Assembly: GCA_046757225.1 (NCBI GenBank) | Contig: JBHHXV010000002.1 | Coordinates: 1 to 33,441, forward strand | DNA length: 33,441 nucleotides | Source: a bacterium | Lineage (GTDB): Bacteria; SZUA-182; JBHHXV01 | Reading direction: 5' to 3' | Shown here: positions 8,415 to 15,180 of the stretch, piece after piece | How positions within the stretch are numbered: position 1 is the stretch's first letter | How the letters are laid out: every line of letters begins with the position of its first letter | Made by a program: the position numbers and the translations under genes | Notes under the pieces: generated by a model | What the model was told of the DNA's origin: nothing | The model's database searches: none | The model's input: only the letters and a program-made list of their open reading frames with translations

Positions 8415-8882
8415 CTAATTTTCATCTACTATGATTAATTCTTGAGCAATGTTCATTTCCAACTGCTTGACCACCGAGCCGAAGAAAAAACGGGACAGAT
8501 TGGAGCGCTTACGCCGGATAACGATTATCTCATCCACTTCTTCCGCCTGAATAACCTTCATGGTTTCCTCCAGAAATTCGCCTTTTTTGACTATGGTTCG
8601 GCAGGGAACACCTTGACGTTCGGCTTCAGCTTTGATTTTGTTTACCTGTTCGCCGCCCAGAGAAGAGTATTCGCCGGCGATCGCCTGGTGAAGCTGATGG
8701 GAGGCGGAGCTTCCCAGCCACCCTCCCTCGATCATGCTGTCGCTGACATCTTCCAGGAATTTACTGTCCAGGATAAACAGGATAATAAGTTCCGCCTTCT
8801 TGGCCGCCGCAGAGGCCAGGGCCAGGGAAATGCTCTTTTCCGATCGCCTGGTCGAGGATAAGATTAAAAGGACTTTTTTCAT
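8415..8882 (-). CDS. universal stress protein (UspA family)-like
   Basis: 155 aa with an alpha/beta pattern: MKKVLLIL...LIILFILD...EVDEIIVI.R.RS.LSRFFFGSVVKQL. It lies 5 nt upstream of trkH. Confidence 0.55.
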   Translation of the reverse strand: MKKVLLILSSTRRSEKSISLALASAAAKKAELIILFILDSKFLEDVSDSMIEGGWLGSSASHQLHQAIAGEYSSLGGEQVNKIKAEAERQGVPCRTIVKKGEFLEETMKVIQAEEVDEIIVIRRKRSNLSRFFFGSVVKQLEMNIAQELIIVDEN

Positions 8883-8903
8883 ACTTTTTTATGATAACAT
8901 AAA

Positions 8904-8921
8904 CTTAACCCGGTCTATTCA
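8904..8921 (-). repeat. 18-nt motif TGAATAGACCGGGTTAAG (read on the minus strand), 5' of usp; exact inverted partner at 13212-13229
   Basis: Plus-strand CTTAACCCGGTCTATTCA is the exact reverse complement of 13212-13229. It lies 22 nt upstream of the usp ATG, in sense orientation to that gene. Confidence 0.8.
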
Positions 8922-9024
8922 CAAATTTAATGTATAGGAATTTCAAAGTTGCCCATCATATTGCTCAATTACCAGCCTGCGCTTGTGAACGAAGTGAGCC
9001 AGCAGGCGCCAATTGCAAGAGTGC

Positions 9025-9813
9025 TTATGTCAGGTTTTGCCTGAACATGCTATGTTCAAGTTGATCATAATCTTGCGTGATCGGCCCTTCGGCCCGGCCG
9101 TGGATAAACTGTTGGATGATCGGGTTCTCCGATTCCTGAATTTCATGAGGGGTTCCTACTTCCAGGATTTCCCCTTTATAAAGCATGGCGATCCGGTCGG
9201 CGGTTTTATAGGCGCTGGCCATATCATGGGTAATGCTCAGGGAGGTAACTTTAAGCCCTTTATTCAGACTGACGATCAGCTCATTGATCATGTCAGCCAT
9301 GATCGGGTCCAGGCCGGTAGTCGGTTCATCGTAGAGCATGATCTCCGGTTCCGAGGCGATCGCCCGGGCCAAACCCACCCGTTTCTTCATGCCGCCGCTC
9401 AGCTCCGCCGGTTTCAGGTGGGCTATTCCCGGCAGACCGACCATCCGGAGTTTCGCTTCCGCCACTTCTTCCCGTTGCTTTTTGGGCATCTTGGTATGAT
9501 TGGCCAGGAAGAAGCCCACATTCTCTCCCACGGTCAAGGAGTCAAACAGGGCGGCGCCCTGAAACAACATGCCGAATTTACACCTGATTTCCACTAATTC
9601 CTTTTCTCTGGCCCGGGTAATGTCCTTTCCGGCTACTTCTACGGTTCCTTCGTCAGCCTGCAGCAGCCCGATGGTATGTTTCATCAGAACGCTTTTGCCG
9701 CTGCCGCTTCCCCCGATTACCACCATTGATTCGCCCTTGCGGACATGAAGGTCCACTCCCCGCAGAACCTGCTTATTGTTGAACCCTTTTTTCAAGCCGC
9801 GAAGTTTAATCAT
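9025..9813 (-). CDS. MlaF/Ttg2A-like ABC transporter ATP-binding protein
   Basis: GGSGSGKSVL, LSGGMKKRVGLARA and MLYDEPTTGLDP, plus the C-terminal ...NPIIQQFI.GRAEGPI tail typical of MlaF-type ATPases. No MlaE-type permease gene lies next to it. Confidence 0.75.
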   Translation of the reverse strand: MIKLRGLKKGFNNKQVLRGVDLHVRKGESMVVIGGSGSGKSVLMKHTIGLLQADEGTVEVAGKDITRAREKELVEIRCKFGMLFQGAALFDSLTVGENVGFFLANHTKMPKKQREEVAEAKLRMVGLPGIAHLKPAELSGGMKKRVGLARAIASEPEIMLYDEPTTGLDPIMADMINELIVSLNKGLKVTSLSITHDMASAYKTADRIAMLYKGEILEVGTPHEIQESENPIIQQFIHGRAEGPITQDYDQLEHSMFRQNLT

Positions 9814-10372
9814 AGATAAATTCTTCCAAAATCCGCTTCGACCGGTCGGCCACTTCCCGGTGAAGATTACCCCCTTGAGAGTCCATGGTGACCACCAGCG
9901 GAAAATCTTTTACCTCTATTACCCACAGAGCCTCGGGAATTCCGAACTCTTCCAGTTGGTAGACCTTTTTTATGCTTTGCATCTTTTGGGCTGCATAGGC
10001 GGCGGCTCCCCCGATGGCGTGCAGGTACACCGCCTGGCCCTCGATGAGGGCTTGAGCGGTCTCTTCCCCCATTCCCCCTTTGCCGATGATTCCCCGAAGC
10101 CGGTAATCTTTTATTACCCGGGCCTGATACATCTCCTGGCGGATACTGGTGGTGGGGCCGGCGGCGATGAATCGATCTTGTTCTTTCCTGACTATCGGCC
10201 CGCAATGATAAATGACACCGGAACAAAGTTCAGGAATGTCGGGAACCTTTTCCACCAAATACCGATGGGCGATATCCCTGGCCGTTACGACCGTACCGGA
10301 AAGCGATACCCGGTCGCCGATTCTCAAGGAAGCCCACTTTTTCCGCGGATCTGAGAGAGAGAGATTTATCAT
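9806..10372 (-). CDS. class I (Fe-S) fumarate hydratase / tartrate dehydratase family, beta subunit
   Basis: GDRVSLSGTVVTARDIAHRYL, IYHCGPIV and GIIGKGGMG motifs. I prefer the ATG at 10372 (MINLSLS...), which gives an ATGA overlap with the alpha-subunit stop. Confidence 0.85.
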   Translation of the reverse strand: MINLSLSDPRKKWASLRIGDRVSLSGTVVTARDIAHRYLVEKVPDIPELCSGVIYHCGPIVRKEQDRFIAAGPTTSIRQEMYQARVIKDYRLRGIIGKGGMGEETAQALIEGQAVYLHAIGGAAAYAAQKMQSIKKVYQLEEFGIPEALWVIEVKDFPLVVTMDSQGGNLHREVADRSKRILEEFIYD

Positions 10373-11226
10373 AGAGCAATAGTTTTTATTCCTGCCCGGT
10401 AAGCCCAGCACATATAAGAGATGGAAACAAAATAGCTGGCCGGAATCCGGGCGATCGCTCCGATCTTAACCCCTGAGACAGTGGTTTTCCCTCCCAGCCC
10501 CATCGGTCCGATCCCCAGTTGATTGATCTCTTTTTTTAATCGTTTTTCCAGAGCGGCCAGTTCGGGAACGGGGCTGGTGTCATCGAATGGGCGAAAGAAT
10601 TGTTCTTTGGCCAGGCTGTAAGAAGAAGCCCGGTCTCCCCCTATTCCAATTCCCAGTACCCCGGGAGCGCACCCTTTTCCCTGGGCCTTGTTCACCATAT
10701 CCAGCACGCACCGCCGCACTCCCTCCAAATCCCGGCCGGCTTTCAAGCCGACATCCGGCAATTTATACTGTGATCCTATGTTTTCGCAGCCTCCCCCCTT
10801 CAGGAGGAGGCTGAATCGGATTTCCTTACTGTCGGTCTGCCGAAAATGGATATCGGGGTGTTTTAAGCCGATGCCGGTGCCGCTGTTCTTGCCGCTCACC
10901 GGGTCTACCGCGTTCGGGCGCAGAAAAAACCGTTCCACCGCTTCCCGCTCGGCAGAAAGTAAGGCTTCCTCTATTTCCCTGTGTTTGATTTCGGACGGAA
11001 GGTGAACATAACAGGTGATATAACCGGTATCCTGGCAGAGGGGCACCGATTTTTCCCTGGCTATGGTGATATTCTCCAGGATGGTTTGCAGGGCGTAAGA
11101 AGCCAGGGAACCAGGCTCCTCCTCTTGAATAGCGGCTTTTAATGAAGATTCAATTGGGAAGGGAAGATCAGTGGCGGTCTTGCGGAACAGCTCTACCAGT
11201 GTTTCTTTTAATGACTCTAAAGGCAC
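10369..11226 (-). CDS. class I (Fe-S) fumarate hydratase / tartrate dehydratase family, alpha subunit
   Basis: The PLCQDTG motif and overall size (285 aa) match the alpha subunit of two-subunit Fe-S hydro-lyases. GTG start. Confidence 0.85.
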   Translation of the reverse strand: MPLESLKETLVELFRKTATDLPFPIESSLKAAIQEEEPGSLASYALQTILENITIAREKSVPLCQDTGYITCYVHLPSEIKHREIEEALLSAEREAVERFFLRPNAVDPVSGKNSGTGIGLKHPDIHFRQTDSKEIRFSLLLKGGGCENIGSQYKLPDVGLKAGRDLEGVRRCVLDMVNKAQGKGCAPGVLGIGIGGDRASSYSLAKEQFFRPFDDTSPVPELAALEKRLKKEINQLGIGPMGLGGKTTVSGVKIGAIARIPASYFVSISYMCWAYRAGIKTIAL

Positions 11227-11261
11227 AGAGGTTGACAGCCATGAAGAGAATGAAAGAATTT

Positions 11262-11663
11262 TTAGCGTTTTGAAAACTGGAAGCGGGCTCTTGCGCCTTT
11301 TTGTCCGGGTTTTTTCCGTTCTTTAATTCGGGAATCCCTGGTGAGCAGTCCGGCTTTTTTCAGGACAGCCCGGTTTTCCCGGTCGATTTCCACCAACGCC
11401 TTGGATATTCCATGGCGGATCGCCCCGGCTTGGCCGGTCTTGCCGCCTCCTGCAACGGTCGCAATGACATCGAAAGCGATCTTTTCCTCTTCGTTAACCA
11501 GTTGCAGTGGTTGATTAACCAGAGCCAGGTTGCTTTCTCTGTTGAAATAATCCGCTCCCTTTTGTTTATTAACGGTGACCTTTCCCGTTCCCGCACTCAG
11601 CCAGATCCTGGCAGAGGAACATTTTCTCCGGCCGGTGGCATAAGTTTTTTCCGAGTTACCCAT
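11262..11663 (-). CDS. rpsI: 30S ribosomal protein S9
   Basis: [19 protein letters not shown]...[27 protein letters not shown] is the hallmark S9 C-terminus. Confidence 0.95.
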   Translation of the reverse strand: MGNSEKTYATGRRKCSSARIWLSAGTGKVTVNKQKGADYFNRESNLALVNQPLQLVNEEEKIAFDVIATVAGGGKTGQAGAIRHGISKALVEIDRENRAVLKKAGLLTRDSRIKERKKPGQKGARARFQFSKR

Positions 11664-11679
11664 ATTTGATCCTTAAATT

Positions 11680-11779
11680 GTTTTTACCGTGAAATATCGA
11701 AGTGGAATGGCCCCTTTCTCGGGGGATAACCACCTTTTTTCATCATGCGGGGGTGACGTCCGGCCCATCATGAAAGTTT
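11680..11779 (-). repeat. Copy A of a ~105-nt intergenic element (sense to the rplM-rpsI operon), filling the rplM-rpsI spacer
   Basis: The reverse complement reads AAACTTTCATGATGGGCCGGACGTCACCCCCGCATGATGAAAAAAGGTGGTTATCCCCCGAGAAAGGGGCCATTCCACTTCGATATTTCACGGTAAAAAC. With copy D it shares the blocks AAACTTT, TTCATGA, GGGCC, ACGTCACCCCC, ATGATGAAAA, GGTTATC, TTCCAC and TTTCACGGTAAAA in the same order. Confidence 0.8.
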
Positions 11780-12215
11780 ATAAATTCAAACTCAGCGGCT
11801 GAAGATTCTGGGCTTCATGAGGATGATCAGCGCCCTGGTAAACCTTTAACTTTTTTATCATTTTACGGCCGAGGCTGTTTTTAGGCAGCATACCTTTAAT
11901 AGCGTGCCTCAGAATATCTTCCGGCTTTTTTTCCAATAAATCCTGATAGGTTCTGGTTTTCAGTCCACCGAAATAACCGGTATAATTATGATAGACTTTC
12001 TGATCGGCTTTGTTGCCGGTAATCTTAACTTTTTCAGCGTTAATAATCACCACGTGGTCACCCGTGTCGATACTCGGGGAATAAAAGGGACGATGCTTGC
12101 CTTTTAATAATTGAGCGACATTGGTGGCCAACCTGCCGAGAACGACATCTGAGGCGTCCACCAGGAACCAGTTTTTTCCGCTGGTATCTTTTTGGGTCGT
12201 TGAATATGTCTTCAT
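11778..12215 (-). CDS. rplM: 50S ribosomal protein L13
   Basis: WFLVDA...VLGRLA..VA..L.GKH.P.Y.P..D.GD.V..INA.K...TG.K......Y is the canonical L13 pattern, and the gene is upstream of rpsI as in most bacteria. Confidence 0.95.
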   Translation of the reverse strand: MKTYSTTQKDTSGKNWFLVDASDVVLGRLATNVAQLLKGKHRPFYSPSIDTGDHVVIINAEKVKITGNKADQKVYHNYTGYFGGLKTRTYQDLLEKKPEDILRHAIKGMLPKNSLGRKMIKKLKVYQGADHPHEAQNLQPLSLNL

Positions 12216-12255
12216 TGATTTAGTTGATATCCTTCATTTAGAAATAATTTGAGCT

Positions 12256-12284
12256 ATGATATACATTTGGCTTTTGTTTGTCAA
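12256..12284 (-). promoter_or_regulatory. candidate sigma70-type promoter for rplM-rpsI
   Basis: On the minus strand: TTGACA (12284-12279), a 17-nt spacer, then TATCAT (12261-12256), about 40 nt upstream of the rplM ATG. Confidence 0.45.
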
Positions 12285-12310
12285 TCCTTAATATGCCATT
12301 CCGGTAAGCT

Positions 12311-12372
12311 TCCTGTTGAATAGTCCAGGAGAGAAGGGGAACACCGCTCCGTTATGTTCACGGTAAAAGAAT
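12311..12372 (+). repeat. Copy B (5'-shortened/degenerate) of the intergenic element, upstream of the ankyrin gene
   Basis: CTGTTGAATAGTCCAGGAGAGAAGGGGAACACCGCTCCGTTATGTTCACGGTAAAAGAAT aligns with the 3' half of copies C and D (GTTCACGGTAAAAGA is identical to D). A possible further remnant follows at 12380-12420 (TGACGGGGG..., AAGGTGGTT; compare TGACGGGCC in C and AAGGTGGTTAT in A). Confidence 0.6.
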
Positions 12373-12445
12373 AAAAAAATGACGGGGGATTGCCGGTTTT
12401 TCGGAAGGTGGTTGAATTAGTTGGTGTTTGTTTACAAATCTCGCT

Positions 12446-12474
12446 TTGACTTATTCCCATTAATAGGCTAGACT
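12446..12474 (+). promoter_or_regulatory. candidate sigma70-type promoter for the ankyrin gene, possibly giving a leaderless or near-leaderless mRNA
   Basis: TTGACT (12446-12451), a 17-nt spacer, then TAGACT (12469-12474). The ATG at 12482 is only 7 nt after the -10 box, and no Shine-Dalgarno sequence is visible. Confidence 0.35.
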
Positions 12475-12481
12475 TTTAAGC

Positions 12482-13039
12482 ATGAAACAGTTTCTCTGTA
12501 CAGTATTTTCTCTGTTGTTTTTTATGGCGATTAATCTAATCGCCGTCCGTCCGGTTCTGGCGACAGATCAGAATAAGCTGTTATTGAGAGCTGTCGCTTT
12601 CGGTAATGCGGCGAAAACCAAGGCCGCCCTCCGGAAAGGCGCTGATCCGGATACAAGAGATGGGAATGGCAACACGGTTTTGATGAAAATGACGAAGAAA
12701 GGGTATACCCGTATTGCGAAGATCTTAATTTTCTACGATGCTGACGTAAACGCTCAGAACAAGCTGGGCGAGACCGCCTTAATTCTGGCGGCGGAAGGAC
12801 ATATCAAGATAATGCGCGTTTTGCTCAGTAAAGGCGCTGACCCAAATGCCAGAAGCAAGGATGGAACGACCCCCTTGATGCGGGCGGCGGACAAGGGGAG
12901 TCTCTACATCGTGAAACTTTTGCTGGAACATGGGGCGGATGTAAATACCCGGGATCATAAAGGTCGGACTCCGTTGTGGTTCGCCCAGAAGAAGCAAAAG
13001 AAGGAAATAATTAAATTGCTTGAGCAGTATCAGAAATAA
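12482..13039 (+). CDS. secreted ankyrin-repeat protein
   Basis: N-terminal signal-like MKQFLCTVFSLLFFMAINLIAVRPVLA, followed by about four ANK repeats (G.T.LM.A...G....V..LL..GADVN/PN). Confidence 0.85.
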   Translation: MKQFLCTVFSLLFFMAINLIAVRPVLATDQNKLLLRAVAFGNAAKTKAALRKGADPDTRDGNGNTVLMKMTKKGYTRIAKILIFYDADVNAQNKLGETALILAAEGHIKIMRVLLSKGADPNARSKDGTTPLMRAADKGSLYIVKLLLEHGADVNTRDHKGRTPLWFAQKKQKKEIIKLLEQYQK

Positions 13040-13052
13040 GCGACTGATTTAA

Positions 13053-13067
13053 CCCGAATAATTCGGG
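13053..13067 (+). terminator. weak hairpin downstream of the ankyrin gene (possible terminator)
   Basis: CCCGAATAATTCGGG starts 14 nt after the stop codon and can form a 5-7 bp stem. No U-tract follows, so the support is weak. Confidence 0.25.
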
Positions 13068-13211
13068 AATCATAGCAAAGCAGATGATATGTTGTTGAAA
13101 ATAGTTACTTTTTATCAGTTTCCCTTCAACTTTTTTGGGCTAACAAATTTTGTATGGACGTTGGCCTAATTCATTTTCTGGTAAGGGGTCTGGCAAATGT
13201 CAGCCAAGTTA

Positions 13212-13229
13212 TGAATAGACCGGGTTAAG
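13212..13229 (+). repeat. 18-nt motif TGAATAGACCGGGTTAAG, 5' of the HIT gene; exact inverted partner at 8904-8921
   Basis: It ends 8 nt before the ATG at 13238, and its 3' end overlaps the AAGGAG Shine-Dalgarno sequence. It is in sense orientation to the downstream gene, like its partner. Confidence 0.8.
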
Positions 13230-13237
13230 GAGAAAGA

Positions 13238-13669
13238 ATGAAGGAGTGCATCTTTTGTAATATCGTAAAAGGACGGATTCCCGGAGAGATTGTCTACGAA
13301 GATATCGATACAATTGCCATTCTGGATATCTATCCGGCCAACAAGGGGCATGTTCTGGTGATTCCCCGCCATCACTCCGCCACCATTTTAGACACTTCCA
13401 ATGAGAGCCTGGCCGGTATGATGTCTGCCGCCAAACTGATTTCCCGGGTGTTAATGGATGAGCTGGAAGCGGAAGGAATAAATATTCTGCAGAATAACTT
13501 CAAGAGTGCCGGTCAAGTCATTGAGCATGCTCATCTTCACTTGATTCCCCGGTTTCAGGACGATAAGGTAAAATTCTCCCTGGGCCCGGAAAAGTATGAG
13601 GAGGGAGAGATCAAACAATACGCCAAAGATTTCCGGTTGGCTTTGCAGCAATGTCTGGCGGGAAAGTAA
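13238..13669 (+). CDS. HIT (histidine triad) family nucleotide hydrolase/transferase
   Basis: CIFC.I..G.IP...VYED, GHVLVIP and the histidine triad HAHLHLIPR. Confidence 0.9.
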   Translation: MKECIFCNIVKGRIPGEIVYEDIDTIAILDIYPANKGHVLVIPRHHSATILDTSNESLAGMMSAAKLISRVLMDELEAEGINILQNNFKSAGQVIEHAHLHLIPRFQDDKVKFSLGPEKYEEGEIKQYAKDFRLALQQCLAGK

Positions 13670-13670
13670 A

Positions 13671-15179
13671 ATGAAACTGGAAATAAAAACAGGAAGTTTG
13701 AAAGAAGGCTCGTCTGAGGTTGCGGTAATCGGTTTTTTTGAGGATAAGGACAGGTCGGCTTTGTTTTCCCCTGAGGCGGTCTCCCTGGCTCGCCGGTTGA
13801 TAAAAGAGGTTCGCGATTCCGGGGATTTCAAGGGGAAAGAGGGGGAAATAACGGTCTTGTTCCTGGGGGAAGGCCGGCCGGCTAAGCGGCTGCTGCTCTT
13901 GGGTCTTGGCAAGCGGGAGAACTTTTCCCCGGATACCATTCGGAAAGGAATCGCTTCCGCTTTAAATAAAATCTCCTCCCTGAAGCTTCCGGAATTATCC
14001 CTTTCCTTTGTCCCGGTCAGGTTCAGGAAATCATTAACGCCCCGTAAGCAGGCTCAAGCATTGGCTGAAGGGCTTCTCCTGGGGAATTACCGGTTTGACC
14101 GCTATATTACCGATCAGGAGAAACTGAAGGGCCGGCAGCTGGCCAAAGCCGGAATTTTTCTGGGCGGCGCTGACCTGAAAGAGATAAAAAAGGGGTTGAA
14201 AATCGGAGAAAAGGTTGCCGGAGCGGTCTGCTGTACCAGGGATCTGGTTTCCGCCCCTCCCAAGGATCTTTCCCCGTCACTGTTGGCTGAGAAGGCCAGA
14301 GAACTGGCGAATAAAAAGGGATTCAGCTGCCGGGTACTGGATAAAAACCGGCTGAAAAAGCTGAAGATGGGCGGAATCCTGGGGGTGGGGCAGGGGAGCG
14401 CGGAACCTTCCCTGATGATCGTGCTGGAATACAGCGGAGGAAAAAGGAAAACACCTAAGATCGGCCTGGTGGGTAAAGGGATCACCTTTGACAGCGGAGG
14501 GCTTTCCCTTAAACCTTCCAAGAACATGGATCATATGAAAGCCGACATGTCCGGAGCGGCGGTGGTGGTAGGAGTGTTCCAGGCGGTGGCGGACTTGAAG
14601 CTGCCGGTAAATCTGGTCGGTCTTATTCCGGCGGCGGAAAATCTGCCTTCGGGAAATTCCTATAAACCGAGCGACATCCTTACCATGCGCTCGGGAAAGA
14701 CCGTGGAAGTCTTGAACACGGACGCCGAGGGCCGGTTGCTGCTGGCGGACGCCCTGAGTTATATCGGTGAGTTCAAGCCGGATAAAATCATTGATCTGGC
14801 CACCCTGACCGGCGCCTGTGTCGTGGCTCTGGGGGATGATATCGCCGGTATCATGGGAAATGATGATCCCCTCAAAGATGCTTTATTAAAGGCTTCCCGG
14901 GAAAGCGCCGAGGAGATCTGGCCGCTGCCGCTTAATCCGAAACATACGGAGCTTATGAAAAGCAAGATAGCCGATATCGCCAATATCAGTTCCAGTCCTT
15001 ACGGGGGAACCATGACCGCCGCCGCCTTTCTGAAAGAATTTGTGGGGGACCGCCCCTGGGCGCACATCGATATCGCCGGGCCGGCCATGAACAGCAAGGG
15101 GCCCTCTTATCAGCCTGAAGGAGCGGCCTCCGGTTTCGGGGTAAGATTGCTGACGCAGTATCTGACTGATCTCAAATAG
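13671..15179 (+). CDS. pepA: leucyl aminopeptidase (M17 family)
   Basis: VGKGITFDSGGLSLKP, NTDAEGRLLLADAL and LATLTGA motifs. I prefer the ATG at 13671 (MKLEIK...), 1 nt after the HIT stop, over the tracked start at 13596 inside the HIT gene. Confidence 0.9.
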   Translation: MKLEIKTGSLKEGSSEVAVIGFFEDKDRSALFSPEAVSLARRLIKEVRDSGDFKGKEGEITVLFLGEGRPAKRLLLLGLGKRENFSPDTIRKGIASALNKISSLKLPELSLSFVPVRFRKSLTPRKQAQALAEGLLLGNYRFDRYITDQEKLKGRQLAKAGIFLGGADLKEIKKGLKIGEKVAGAVCCTRDLVSAPPKDLSPSLLAEKARELANKKGFSCRVLDKNRLKKLKMGGILGVGQGSAEPSLMIVLEYSGGKRKTPKIGLVGKGITFDSGGLSLKPSKNMDHMKADMSGAAVVVGVFQAVADLKLPVNLVGLIPAAENLPSGNSYKPSDILTMRSGKTVEVLNTDAEGRLLLADALSYIGEFKPDKIIDLATLTGACVVALGDDIAGIMGNDDPLKDALLKASRESAEEIWPLPLNPKHTELMKSKIADIANISSSPYGGTMTAAAFLKEFVGDRPWAHIDIAGPAMNSKGPSYQPEGAASGFGVRLLTQYLTDLK

Positions 15180-15180
15180 G

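Noticed and set aside
8963-9010. GCCTGC...GCAGGC inverted repeat downstream of the MlaF-like gene, considered as a terminator
   Set aside because: The stem is only 6 bp, the loop is over 20 nt, and no U-tract follows, so the support is insufficient.
9013-10354. Plus-strand ORFs 9013-9597 and 9776-10354, and minus-strand ORF 9867-10226
   Set aside because: They are shadows or alternative frames of the MlaF-like and fumarate hydratase beta genes, and carry no motifs.
10353-10364. (GA)6 dinucleotide run at the fumarate hydratase alpha/beta junction
   Set aside because: It simply encodes LSLS at the start of the beta subunit. It is too short to argue for phase variation, and there is no supporting context.
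13451-13939. Minus-strand 162-aa ORF, and the 13596 start of the tracked pepA ORF
   Set aside because: The minus-strand ORF is antisense to HIT and pepA. For pepA, the ATG at 13671, immediately after the HIT stop, is more plausible than a 75-nt overlap with the HIT gene.
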